Assembly: GCF_036321535.1 (NCBI RefSeq)
Contig: NC_087437.1
Span: 17,424,001-17,488,000 of the forward strand
Origin: Camelus dromedarius
Taxonomy: Eukaryota
Length of the DNA stretch: 64,000 nucleotides
Direction: 5' to 3'
Below the pieces are notes generated by a model, which searched no databases, was not told where the DNA came from, and saw nothing but the letters and a program-made list of their open reading frames with translations. A program made the translations under genes and the position numbers. This document shows positions 24,811 to 38,298 of the stretch, one piece after another. Each line of letters starts with the position of its first letter. Position 1 is the stretch's first letter.

Positions 24811-26657
24811 ACTGTTTTTTAAAAAATTGAAGTATAGTTGATTTACGATGTGTTAGTTTCTGGTGTACAGCATATTCTTTTTCATTGTACTTAAAAGCTA
24901 TTGAGTATAGTTTCCTTTGTTATGCTTGGGACCTTGTTGTTTATCTGTTCTGTATATAGTAGTTTGTATCTTCTAGTCCCAAACTCTTAATTTATCCCTT
25001 CCCCTACTTTCCCATAAATTTGTTTTCTATGTTTTTACATCTGTTTCTGTTTTGTAAATATGTTCATTTGTGTCATTTTTAAAGACATATAAGTGATATA
25101 TCTGTCTTTCTTTGTCTGACTTCACTTAGTATGATAATCTCTAGTTCCATCCATGTTGCTGCAAATGGCATTATTTCACTCTTTTTTATGACTGAGTAGT
25201 ATTCCTTGGTATATGTATACCACAACTTCTTTATCAAATCATCCGTCGATGGACACTTAGGTTGCTTCCATGTCTTGGCCATTGTAAATAGTGTTGCTAT
25301 AAACATTAGGGTACATGTATCTTTTCGAATTGGAGTTTTCTCTTCATATATGCCCAGGAATGGGGTTGCTGTATCACATGGTAAGTCTACTTTTACTTTT
25401 TAAAGGAATCTCCATACTTTTTTCTATGGTGGCTGCACCAAATTACATTCTGACCAACACTGTAGGAGGGTTCCTTTTTCTCCACACCCTTTCCAACATT
25501 TATTGTTTGTGGACTTTTTAATGATGACCATTCTGACCGATGTGAGATGATAACCTCATTGTAGTTTTGATTTACAGTTTTCCTGATAATTAGCAATATT
25601 GAGCATTTTTTTCATGTGGCTATTTGCCATCTATATATCTTCATTGGCGAAATGTCTGTGTAGACCCTGGTATCCTTCAGCTGCCGTGCTCACAAAATTA
25701 CCAGGGCAGGTCTGTTGAAGTCAGGCACTAGGACCCACTGTAGTTGTGTGTAGTCACGCTCCTGGATCCACTGTGGGCTACAGGGTCAGCCCAGACCCCA
25801 TCCCCTGCTCTGGGTGTGCAGGCATGTGTTAACGCTGGATCTACCCCAGCCATTGCACCAGTATTCTACTCAGGATGTCCCTCAGTGCTGTGTATACAAA
25901 GGCATTTGTGGTACAAATCAGTCAGAGCTGCCCGGGACCCGGCTCATATTTCAGCCCAATTTCCGATGTCACACAGCCCCTGGAAATGGGCTCAGATTTC
26001 AGCTGGGGGAAGCCCACCAGTGACTGCACTTACAGAGCAAGCCAATGAGGACACTGCTATGGCAGGGTCCTGCCCCTCCCTTTGTACACACCAACAGTGG
26101 TGTTTTTTATGGTGGACCCAGGCTTCTTTATGCACACTCACAGCCTCAGCCCATACCACGCTCCAGCCCCCTCCGACTGTCTCCACACAGCCAACCCAGT
26201 CCTCTTCCCAGATCTGTCCTCTGAAGCTCAAGCTTCAGCACCCAGTTGTAGCACACACCAGCAGCCCTGCATCCTGGGCTGGGGACTGCCTGGACCCTCG
26301 GTGCCGGTTTCTCTTTGTTCTGTCTGCTGCAAAGCAGCTACTGTGCTCTCTGAGCCTCTGAAGCTCCCCTTCTCTCCTGGCTGACCTCCCCACTGGTGAA
26401 CGACTTCCCAGGATGAGGGCACTGTTTCACTGCTCCCTCCCCATAGTGCAGGTCCTGTCCCAATTATTATTTATTTATTTTTTTTGTCTTACCTGGTTAC
26501 ATGGAAATTTTTCTTATAGCTCCACTTCTGTAAGATCTTCTGCCACAGTTCAGTAGGTATTCTGTGAGAATTGTTCCACAGAACAATTGTATTTTTGATG
26601 TATTTGTGGGAGAGGGTGAGCTCTGCATCTTTCTGTTCCACCATGCTGAAGCCCCTC
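24811..26657 (-). mobile_element. L1, antisense, internally deleted: ~1 kb 5'UTR (26657-25665) fused to the ORF2 end and 3'UTR (25664-24811)
   Basis: The ORF2-end peptide is at 25079-25306. The reverse complement of an L1 5' terminus (gagctcaccctctcccacaaatacatcaaaaataca) lies at ~26588-26623. A possible TSD agactc(t/g)ttt occurs at 24781 and 26658. Confidence 0.8.
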
Positions 26658-29600
26658 AGACTCGTTTGTTTCTTTGGTTAACTTTGGTGGCCAAGTGAAT
26701 CCTTCTGGAACATATCTTTTTTGTTTACTTTCTGAGGAGTTGTTAAAATTTTAAATTCATTTTTGGGGGTTAGTTTTTCTTTTGAAGAGCCTATTTTTTC
26801 ATTCATTTGTTTATCAACATTTTTATTGAGAGCCTACCTACTGCAAGCCAGACAAAACTTACAGAATGAAAAACTAACACTGACTCTCACAGAACTTCCA
26901 TTCTGATGGGGAGGTAGATGGTGGTTATTATTGATTATCAATGATACAGTGGATTTCATATCTAAGTTTGATTGTAATCAACTGGAAGTGGTATAAAAAG
27001 AATATATTGATCGTTGATACAGTGATTTAATATATACCATCAATACAATATAAAATTACTGTTCTCTCTATTGAGTCTTAGAAAGTTGAAAATTATTCTT
27101 AACTTATACATTTGTAGACTTGAGGGGTCAGGATGTGAGATTTGTGACCAAAATATTCCTTTCCTCACTGCCTGCAGCAAGCCAAAATTTGTATTTATTT
27201 AGCTTTGTAGCTTATTAGAAATAGGCTATTCACCCACCTTTTCCCTTAATGGACTTGAAAAGTGAATGAAATGATATCTGTGCTCCTTTAGTGGTAGCCA
27301 GACTACCCTTGAGAACAAAAAGGGTGCATTGTTTTAGATAAAGCAGAGAATAATTTTAAAAAACAATAGTTTTTCATAAAAGTAAATAGATAAAAATACA
27401 AAAATCCAAGTAAAAAACCTACAATGGAAAGAACATCATATATTTGTATTTAGAATTCCTTAGTTCTGCTCTTAGATATACCACTTATTAGCCATGTGAC
27501 CAAGAGTATATAACTAATCTTTCCTCAGTTTGTGAGAAAGAGGAGAGTTGGGCAAAACTAGATGATCCTGGAAAGTCCCTTCTGACTCTGAAACTCTTGT
27601 AGTCCTGCTAAACAAATGATCAGTCTTACATGTGTCATAGAAATCAGGGGAAAATCCATAAAGGAGAAACTGGTTTTGAAGAAATAGGAACATAAGAACA
27701 GAATTATAGTTCTCTAAAGAATTAGTAAGAATCAGTAATACTTTCTTAGGCCTCATTCTACTGAACATTTATTTACTCTGTGATTTAGATGGAGGGAAAA
27801 TAACATGCTTAAGGTAAAGAAGGCCTGCTGATCAAAGCATAACTACTACAGTGGGTTCAGAAAGAATTTGAAAGCTAAAAACTGAGAAGTAAATAAGATG
27901 AATAGAGGCAGACATTAATGTAAAATTCTACATTAAGTTTTAAAAAGGAGTTGAAAAAATTGCTGAGGATCTATCCTGACATGGTTTACATGATTAGAAG
28001 ACTGAGTAAGAGCTGCTGTAAAGATGTAGGTGCTAAAAAAAAAATCTCAACGCATTGTATGATGGCATTGATTCAGATCTATGAGGTGCTCAGATGAAGG
28101 GATGCAGTTGTTCCCTTATGTGTGTGCTGGCTAAATAAAACATGACAAGACTATTGATATAGTTTAACAATGGTATTGAGAAACTCAGATGCTTCCAAAT
28201 ACTGACATCAAGTTTATCAAAGGATTTGGAAACCAGGTTAATAAAGAATAGTTAAAGGGTACAAAGATTTGCCTTAGGAAGAGGACAACTATCGTGTGAA
28301 GAAGGAGTATTCACAGTGCTTAACCAGATTCTTAAAAACTTCTGAATAATTAATAATACATTGTTTTGGTTAAGAGAACAATGCTATAGGAAGAGAGAGA
28401 AGTAAGACTAGTGGATTGGAATGAGGAGAAGATTGAAAGCTATACCTACGCTTTTGGGTTTTTAAACAAAGCTAATGATAAAAGTGCACATCCTCAGTGC
28501 TTAGACTTGAGTATTTCCCTCCCAACCCTGGCTGGTCCAGCTATTTATTGGTATAATAAAGGTTTATGTATTCTTGAAAAAGTAAATGCCAGAAGCACTA
28601 GGAGGTAGGAAAATAATAACCATCATTGGTTGAGTACCTGCTGTGTGCTGAGTGTTTTTCCTATAAACTTTAAAAAATTCTTTACAAATATTTTCGGAGA
28701 TAGGTACTTGCTACACACCACCATTTTACAAACAAGGAAACTGGAGTTTGAAGAAGATTAAATAACTTGACCAAGGTCAGATTAACCAATTCAGTAGCAG
28801 AACTGAAAGTTAAACTTAGGGTCTCTTTTGTTAGAATTTTCCTAGTGCACACATTATGACTATAGAGTAGGGAAAGGCTTAAGAGTCAGATAAGCAATGG
28901 ACTGGGAATATTTGATGCAAAGAGGACTAATTGAGATTAGGAGGATAGTGATGAACTAACTGTGAAGTTGGGAGGAATTTAGAAAAGATAATACATTGAT
29001 CTGAGGGAGCCTTCTGGTTGTAGAGTGATCTAATTGTTGCTGATTGTAACATAATTGAGAAATTAATAGATACTAATAAAGTATTGTTACATCTATTCTC
29101 TCACTGATAACCTGAGATTTGAAAGACCGTTTTTTAGCAGTGGAAGGGCAACAAATAGGTCCTTCCCAGAGATCTGTCAGCAGGGATAAAACAAACTGTC
29201 AATCATGTTGTATTTGTTAGTCACTCACATGATAAACAGCAACACTCTATGTGGGCCAGGCACTGGAGAGAGTTAAAGAGGTGGTTAAAAACATGGTTTT
29301 TAATTTCCAGGAAGAAATACACATAGTGTTGATCGTTACAGTAAAAATACTTACAGAGAAAAGTAGTGGTACGAAGGAGGAGTACATCGACTTTGGAGAG
29401 AGAGAGAAATCTTCAGTGAGAAGACATTTTGACTGAGTCTTGAAGAATGAGAATGGGAAGTGTTTTAGGCAAAAAACATCATGTGCCAAGTCTCAGAGCC
29501 TTGAAAGAGCATTTTTTGTAAGAGGTTTTTTGTAACTGAGGAGCTTGTATAGCTGTAGCATTAGTTGAACAAGTATGAAGTCATACTCACAGGAGAGATC

Positions 29601-30889
29601 ACAGAGGGCTTTGTGTTGCGTAGAAAACAAGTATTCTAAGCTTATGTTCTTTCTCTGAACTGTTTCTGGCCTCAAAGATCAAAATAGGTTGTTCTGGTGT
29701 TTTCTCACTTGGGACTTTAGTAGTTGGGTCTGTCTAAAAACTCTTTTTATTCTCTTTTTTGGACAAGGTATATAATTCATCTTAGACATTATATTTTTTC
29801 AGAATCAAAAGGAAAACATTTTGGAACTAGCCTTTATTTTCAGGTTTAAAATTTTATATTTGCTTATACCAGTATTCAGTTTAATCAAGTTAACAAACAT
29901 TTATTCAGCATCAGCTGTGTATACAGTTCTAAATAGTCTAGGAAATGCAAAAAATGAGTGAGACATTGAAATGCTTCTCTGGAAGCTTACACTCTAGTAG
30001 ATGGGCTTAAAAGGCAAACACAGGAAATTCTAACATACAAGTACCTCAGAAGTATAAGGTGCTGGGATGCTTAAAAAAGGAGAGCTTACATGTCATTGGG
30101 GGTGACGGTGAGAAATGAAGGATGTTGAGAAACACGAAGCAGGAAGGTGAATAAAATAATAAAGTTGTTAAAATAATAAAAACCCACACTTCTTGAGTGG
30201 GTAGATTTTTGAGAGACAAAAGTTTTAATAAAGTTTTGGGAAGAAATTAGCAAACAAGGTAAACTTAAGTCATGAAGGTGGAAACATCTAATTCAGGGGG
30301 TTTAAGTGGCCCATTTTTATTAAATGTAGAGCAGTTTCTGTGCAGGGCATTATAGAAAGATGCTTTTATTTAACATTTACTCTGTGTGCTATGCTTTATT
30401 TTATTCAGTTCTTACAAAACTCTTGTGCTGTTTCTTCCATTTCTGGACTCAGAAAAGTGAAATAGCTCCACAGTTAATAAGTAGCATACCTGGGATTTGA
30501 ACCCAAAGGCTAATTCAAGGTCTGTGCTGTTTTCAGTAGTCTATAAGCCTGGAAAGGAAGGCTTGAGGACATCCTGAAGACTGCTGTAGATCCTAGGCAG
30601 AGTATTTCTCTTAATTTGACAGGCAGGAGAACCACTCTTGGCCTTTGAGCAATAGGGTCATGTGATTGTAGCTATAATATAAGAAGATTAACTTCTTGTT
30701 GTGGTTGATGGGTTGAAGTGGAACAGATTGGATTAGTTAAAAACAAACAAACAAAAAACTAGTTACAGGGTAGTGAAGGCTTAAGCACAACAACATAGCC
30801 CTGAACTAGCACATGAAAAGTGGAAATGGAAAGTGTTGGCAGAAAGGACAAATGACTTTAAGGATTTGATGTGGGAATCTTCTAAGAAA

Positions 30890-33800
30890 ATAATTTTTAT
30901 GAGGTAAAAGTTATGAAGTTAACTATTTTAAAGAGTACAGCTCAGTGGTATTTGGTTCATTAACAGTGTTGTGCAGCCATCACATGTAATTCCAAACCAT
31001 TTTCATCACCTCAAAAGGAAACCCCGTTCCCATTAAAGAGTCACTCCCATTACTCCTCTCCTTCAGCCCCTGGCAACCACTGATCTGCTTTCTGTCTGTA
31101 TTGATTTACCTATTCTATTATATTATTTCATATAAATGGAATCATACAACATGTGACCTTTTGTGTCAGGTTTCTTTCACTTAGCATACTGTTTCGAGGT
31201 TCATCCATGTTGTAGTATATATCACTACTTCATCCCTTCTATGGCTGAATAACATTGCATTACATGGATATACCACATTTTGCTTATCCCTTCATTTGTT
31301 GATGGATATTTGGGTTGTTTCTTTCTTTTGGTTATTGTGAATAGCGAGACTATGAACAGTTGTATACAAGTATTTGTTTGAATACTTATTTTCACTTCTT
31401 TTGGGTGTATACCTAGGAGTGAAATTATGGTAGTTCTGTGTTTATTATTTTGAGGAACCATCAACTGTTTCCCACATCGTTTTACATTTTGACCAGTAGT
31501 GTAAGAGGGGTTCCTGTTTCTCTATTTCCCACCAACACTTTTTTTTTTTTTTTTTGGTTTGGTTTGTTTTGGTTTTATTATAGCCATCCTAGTAGGATGT
31601 GAAGTGATATTTCATTGTGGTTTCGATTTGCATTTCCCTAATGACTAATGATGTTGAACATCTTTTCATGTGCTTTTTGGGGTATTTGTGTATCTTCCTT
31701 GGATAATTATTTATTCAAGTCCTTTGCCCATTTTTGAGACAGGTTGTTTTTCTTTTTGTTGTTGGGTTCTAAGAGATCTTTATATATTGTGGATATAGAC
31801 CCTTATCAGAATTACAACTTTCAGATATTATTTTCTAACTCTGTAGGTTGTCTTTTCACTTTCTTGATAGTGTCCTTTGCACAAGTGTTTTTTATTTTAA
31901 TAAACTACAGTTTATCTTTTTTTTTTTTTTTTTTTGGTTACTTGTGTTTTTGGTGTCTAGTGTAAGAATCCATTGCTAAATCCAAGGTCACAAAGACTTT
32001 TCCCTGTGTTTTCTTCTGAGAGTTTTAAAGTTTTAACTCTTATATTTGGGTCATTTATCCATTTTGAGTTAATATTTGTACATGGTATGAAGTTGGAATC
32101 CAACTTCATTCTTTTGCATGTGGATATCCAGTTGTCCCAGCACCATTTGTTGAAGAGACTATTCTTTCCCCCACTAAATGGTCTTGGCACCCTTGTCATG
32201 GTGAAAGTCAAATGTTAGTTGACCATAGGTGTATGGGTTTATTTCAGGACTCTCAATTCTATTCCATTGGTCTGTTTGTGTCTCCTTTTATGCCAGTACC
32301 ACACTGTTTTGATTACTGTGGCTTTAAAAAAATTTTTTTTATGTTTAATTGAAGTATAGTGGATTTACAATGTTGTGTTAGTTTCTGGTATACAGCATAG
32401 TGATTCAGTTATTTATATATATATTTCTTTTCATATTATTTTTCATTATAGGTTTTTACAAGATTGAATATAGTTCCTTGTGTTATACAGTAGGACCTCA
32501 TTTATCTATTTTCTATATAGTAGAAAATAACTAGTATCTGCAAATCCCGAACTTCCAATTTAACGTTCTTCACCTGTTTTCCTCCCGGTAACCATAAGTT
32601 TGTTTTCTGTATCTTTGAGTCTGTTTCTGTTTTGTAAATAAGTTCATTTGTGTCTTTTTTTTTTTTCAGATTCCATGTATAAGTGATATATGGTATTTGT
32701 CTTTGTTTGACTTCACTTAATATGATAATCTCTAGGTCCAACTGTGTTACTACATTATTTCATTTTTATGGCTGAGTAGTATTCCACTGTGTGTGTGTCA
32801 CCACATCCTCTTTATCCATTCATCTGTCAGTGGGCATTTAGGTTGCTTCCATGTCTTGGCTATTGTAAATAGTGTTGCTATGAACATTGGGGTGCATGTA
32901 TCTTTTTGAGTTAGGTTTTATCTGGAAATATGCCCAGAAGTGGGATTGCTGGATCATATGATAACTCTATTTTTAGAATCCATGTTCTTTGATTGGAAGA
33001 ATCAACATTGTTAAAATGGCTGTACTACCCAAGGTGATGTACAGATTCAGTAGCTTGTATATCTTTATCAATTTTACAATTTAACTCTAAGAGGGTAATA
33101 TTATTTCCCTCACTTTCAAATTTTGTGGAGAACCGACTACAGAACCAAGTCCTAAACACCTTCTTTTCCCAAATTAGTTTGTTGTGCATGTAAATCCTCA
33201 AGAGGGGTCAGAAATATTGAAGTAAGAAAGTATTGCAAAACAGTTAAGAAACATGAATACAGTTAACCGGAAAAAAATCCATGTCATCTCTTGAAGGTGA
33301 AAAACTAAGCAAAAAAAGAATGGAAATGGAAAAGGTCTTATTTTTAGTTTTTTAAGGAATTTCCATACTGTTTTCTGTATGGCTGTACCAAACTACATTC
33401 CCACCGACAGTGTAGGAGGGTTCCCTTATTTCCACATCCTCTCCAGCATTTATCGTTTGTGGACTTTTTAATGATGGCCATTCTGACTGGTGTGAGGTGA
33501 TACCTCGTTGTAGTTTTGATTTGCATTTCTCTGATAATTAGTGATATTGAGCATTTTTCATGTACCTATTGGCCATCTGTATGTCTTCATTGGAGAAATG
33601 TCTATGTAGGTCTTCTGCCTGTATTTTGATTGGGTGTTTTTTTTGTTGTTGTTGTTATTGAGTTGTATGAGCTGTTTGTATATTCTGGAAATTAAGCCCT
33701 TGTCATTTGCATTGTTTGCAGATATTTTCTCCCATCCGTAGACTGTCTTTTCGGTTTGATTACTGTGGCTTTGTAGTAAGTTTTGAAATTGGACAAGTGT

Positions 33801-35790
33801 GAGTCCTCTAACTTTGTTTTCCATTTTCAAGATTGTTCTGGCTATTTGGGGTCCCTTGCAATTCCATGTGAATTTTATGATCAAATTTTTACATTTCTGC
33901 AAAAAAGGGGTGTTGGTACTTTGATTACCATTCCTTTGGATAGTACATTTGTTCCTCGGTACCTGCAGGGGTTTGGTTCCAACTCTCTTGTAGAACTGTC
34001 AATTTCTGCTTTTAATTCTGTCATTTTTTGCTTTATTATATGTCTTCGGGTTCTGTTGTTAGGTGTGTATGTATTTATATTGTTATATCTTCTTGATAGA
34101 TTTATTTTTTTCCTCAACATACAATGTCCTTCTTTGTCTCCTGCAACAGCTTTTGTCTTAAAATCTGCTCTCTTTTGGTTACCGTTTTCATGGAATATCT
34201 TTTTTTTTATCCTTTCACTTTCAAACCTGTCTGCATCTTTAAATCTAAAGTTGAGTTGAGTGTCTTACAGATAGCATAGAATTGAATTGTAGTTTTTAAT
34301 TCATTCTGCCAATCTTTGCCTTTTAATCCAACATTTAAAGAAATTACTGATAAAGAATGCCTTTTGCTATTTTGCTGTTTGTTTTTTTATGTCTTATACC
34401 TTTTTTCTCCTCCTTTCTATTATTACTGCCTTTTATAATTGATTTTTTAATGATGTATATTTTGTTCCCTTCTAATTTCTTTTAGTATGTATTTAGTTTT
34501 TCTTTAGTGATTATCCTGTGGATTACAATTAACATCTTAACTTTTACAGTCAAGTTTGAATTAATACAAACTTAGCTTCAATAGTATGCAACAATCTGCT
34601 CATTTGCATCTTCAATCATATAGGAATGAAAGAGGACTTAAAAGCTAAAAATACAATACTACTCACTTTTATATTTACAAATGTAGTTACCTTTACTACT
34701 GTTCTTCATATGACTTCAAGTTACTGTGTAATGTCCTTTCATTTCAACCTGGAGGACTCTCTTTAGCTTTTTTTTTTTTTTTTTTTTTTTGGTATCACAT
34801 GTATAGTGTGACAAACTCCGTCTGTTTTTGTTTATCTGAGAGTGTCTTGACTTCAGTTTTAAAGGACGTTTTGCTGGATGTAGAATTCTTGATTGGCAGT
34901 TTTTTCTTTCAGCATCAGATTCTATCTTGTACCTATGGTTTATTGTTGCTTCTTATTCTGGGTTGTTTTGTTTGCTTGTTCAGTGACTTTTCTAAACTAT
35001 TTTGTGAAATCTGTGTCATTGTGTGACTACTGAAATCTGTGTTCTGTTTGCTTAGTGGTCAGCTAGTGTTTTGATAGAGTTTTCTTAAACACCTGAAACC
35101 AAAAGGAAAAAGGAACACTCTTTCAATGCTTACTTAGCCAGGCCATTTACAACTCTGCTGTAGACTTTACTTACTGCTTTTTCACAGCTTGAAGGTCAGC
35201 CATAGGTGAAATCTTAGGGTCTCCTTAGGTCTTTGCTGAACATGTGCCCAGCTCTGGCTATGTGTGTGGCTTTTGTGATTTTCTGGTATACACAGGGGCT
35301 TTTAAAAGCCCTTATTACCCTCTGTATATCCTTTCTCAAACTTTTCCTTCCCAGAGTTTTCAGTCTGTTCTTTGTCCTAGTTATTGTTTCTTGCCCTCGG
35401 CTGCTGCATCAATTAAATGATTTCAGCAAAAGACACCCTAGCCATTGGGATGCTGGAGGTCAAGCGAAATCAAGGCAAGCCATTATTGCTGGTCTTTCAG
35501 GTAGCTGCCAGACAGGTTGAAACCCACAATTACAAATCTTCGTGAATAAGAACTGTGTTGCTGTCTCGGCATTAGGAGTTCAGGTTGCTGTCCTCACAGC
35601 CACCCCTGATTTGGGGAGATGTTAGGCAGGCAACTTAAAATGCCACAATTCTCTCTTACTACAGAGCAGCAGTCTCTTTCTTATATAAGCCTTGCCCTAG
35701 TTTTTGTTAAGTTTTTTACTAGATTCTGGAGTTCTGCAAAAGTTGATTTTGACAGTATTCACCAACTCATTAATTACTCTTTTGGAGGGA
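30890..35790 (-). mobile_element. Old L1 (L1M-type), antisense, fragmented, host of nested insertions
   Basis: ORF2 peptides SLFNKWCWDNWISTCKRMKLD (31957-32211) and KFTWNCKGPQIARTILK (~33800-33900); endonuclease-like NTYTPNNR...KQKMTELKAEIDSST (~33990-34080); 5'-end-like sequence to ~35790. Confidence 0.8.
32326..33754 (-). mobile_element. Younger 5'-truncated L1 nested in the older L1, with 18-bp TSD
   Basis: TSD tttgattactgtggcttt at 32308-32325 and 33755-33772. ORF2 peptide [31 protein letters not shown] (33344-33526). Confidence 0.9.
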
Positions 35791-37328
35791 TAAAGCCCTG
35801 GAGTTTAAGTCCAAGCATGGCATCTTGGGAAGCACTTTCAACTAAGGAATCATCCACTAATTTTTTCAGCAAACAATCACTTTGTTCCTGTTACTAATAT
35901 AGTTACTTCTAAGTGCTGGAAATATAAGGCCGTAAGATCCAGTTTACTGCCCCCAGGAATCTCACTCTTTTATTAAGATGGGTGAGTAAACAAGTACAGT
36001 GCAATTTTATAACAAGATTTAGAGAAGCCTAGACAGAGGAACACGAGTGTTTAAACAGGTCATTAGGGAAAACAGGAGACTCTCAGGAAAGTTATAGAAG
36101 AAGAAAATGTTGGAGAGAGTAATCTGGGATCTTGACTGCTGTGTAGAGAGTTTGAAAAGACTGAGGGGCTCTAATAGGGGCTGATTTGACAATGAAGAGA
36201 TGACACAGTTTTCATAAGAATGGTTTTAGTTGAGTAGTTTTGGTGGAGATAGAGGACCAGATTATAAGGAGTTAGGAGTGAGCGAGTGAGTAGTGAAAAA
36301 GATGAAAGAAAAAGGGAAGACAGCTTTCTAAAGAATGGTGTCGTTTAAAAGGATTAATAGAGTTGATGTAACTTTATTTTGGAATTGAAGTGATCTACGT
36401 GTGTTTTTAGACAATAGAAAGGAATGAGTAGGAGGGAAACAAGGATGGCTAAGAGTCCCAAAAAGAGGCAGGGAAGATGGTATTCAGAACCCAGAAGGAT
36501 CAAAAGTTGGAAACTTGGGAGAAGAAAAAGAATAAGGATAATTAGAAAGAATTTTGAGATAGTGAGAAGGTATTTGAGAAATTTTACCTAGGAATGCTTT
36601 ACTTTTCTCAATAAAAGTAGAACACAAAACCTTGTGTTAAGAAGTAAGCAGTAGTGAAAATGCCTGACTAAAGTTGATGTAGCATACATTTGTGATAGTA
36701 TCATTTGGTAATTTTTTTTTCATTTCTTTTCACAAATATATATTAAGCATCTACTGTGTACTAAACACTATATGAGGTCCTTGGGATTAAATTCATGAAC
36801 ACAGTCAACAAAAATCCCTACCCTTGTGGAGCTTATGTGTGAATCGGGTGAAGAGAGACAAGCAAGTAAACAGTATATTATTTTAAAATAAACGTGAGGT
36901 AAATAATGCATCCTGGGTCAGGGGACTAAGAAAGTAAATGAGAGGATTACTTAGACATAGCTACAATTTTATGTTGCATATCAAGATGTAATTTAAGTTA
37001 CTGTTTTATTTCTATACAGTTAGTTATAGAATCTTGGTTAATGAAGTAAGACAAGAAGAATATGGGTTTGGTGGAGCCTTTATGTACTTAGATTGTAGAT
37101 ATGAGAGAAGTAACCTTATATTTACATTTAAGAGAAAATTCGTTAATTTAGGGCAACTTTATAATTGTTATGCAATTATTTCAGGGCGTTTGACACGAGA
37201 AAAGACGGTAAGGTAAAAAGGTAAACTGTCATATAGTAACTGTAGTTAAGTGTTTGGTTATGAAAGAATTTGTGAAAGGGGTCAGAAGGAACAAACCTCC
37301 AGTTATATAAAATAAAGAAGCCATGAGG

Positions 37329-37410
37329 GGAAAATTGTGCTCTACACTGGAATTTGACACAATATTTGTAAAATGACTATAACTCAATAAAAAAAATTTA
37401 CAAAAAGAAG
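37329..37410 (+). mobile_element. Tiny 5'-truncated L1 3' end with 14-bp TSD
   Basis: Closely matches 2077-2150. TSD aagaagccatgagg at 37315-37328 and 37411-37424. Confidence 0.92.
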
Positions 37411-37585
37411 AAGAAGCCATGAGGTTGTAAAGAATGAAAAAAACGAGGGAGGGAGGGATTTGTTACCTTAGTTAAAAGGCTTAAAAGAATTACAGAGTTG
37501 GAGATCCATTTTTAAATAATTAATAAGTTGGTGTTTTGATTATCATTTTATATTCTCTTCTCATTACCCCTTTTTATTTATACAG

Positions 37586-38298
37586 GCATTGGAAAAGTGA
37601 AAAGAAAGCCTAGTGTGCCAGATTCTGCGTCTCCTGCTGATGATAGCTTTGTTGACCCAGGGGAACGTCTCTATGACCTCAACATGCCTGCTTATGTGAA
37701 ATTTAACTACATGGCCGAGAGAGAGGATGAATTATCATTGATAAAAGGAACGAAGGTGATCGTCATGGAGAAATGCAGTGATGGGTGGTGGCGGGGTAGC
37801 TACAATGGACAAGTTGGATGGTTCCCTTCAAACTATGTAACCGAGGAAGGGGACAGTCCTTTGGGTGACCATGTGGGTTCTTTGTCAGAGAAATTAGCAG
37901 CAGTCGTCAATAACCTAAATACTGGGCAAGTGTTACACGTGGTACAGGCGCTCTACCCATTCAGCTCGTCCAACGATGAAGAACTTAATTTTGAGAAAGG
38001 AGATATAATGGATGTTATTGAAAAACCTGAAAATGACCCCGAGTGGTGGAAATGCAGGAAGATCAATGGAATGGTTGGTCTGGTGCCAAAAAACTATGTT
38101 ACCATTATGCAGAATAATCCCTTAACCTCAGGTTTGGAACCATCGCCTCCACAGTGTGATTACATTAGGCCTTCACTCACTGGAAAATTTGCTGGCAATC
38201 CATGGTATTATGGGAAAGTGACCAGGCACCAAGCAGAGATGGCATTAAATGAAAGAGGGCACGAAGGTGATTTCCTCATTCGTGATAGTGAATCTTCG
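37586..38298 (+). CDS. NCK1: NCK1 coding exon (SH3-2, SH3-3, start of SH2)
   Basis: Acceptor tatacAG ends at 37585; reads [20 protein letters not shown]...[32 protein letters not shown]; donor CG|GTAAGT at 38299; 713 nt. Confidence 0.98.

Noticed and set aside
25744..26422. Cluster of overlapping ORFs up to 205 aa
   Set aside because: They lie in a GC-richer L1 5'UTR where stops are rare; no recognisable protein or splice structure.
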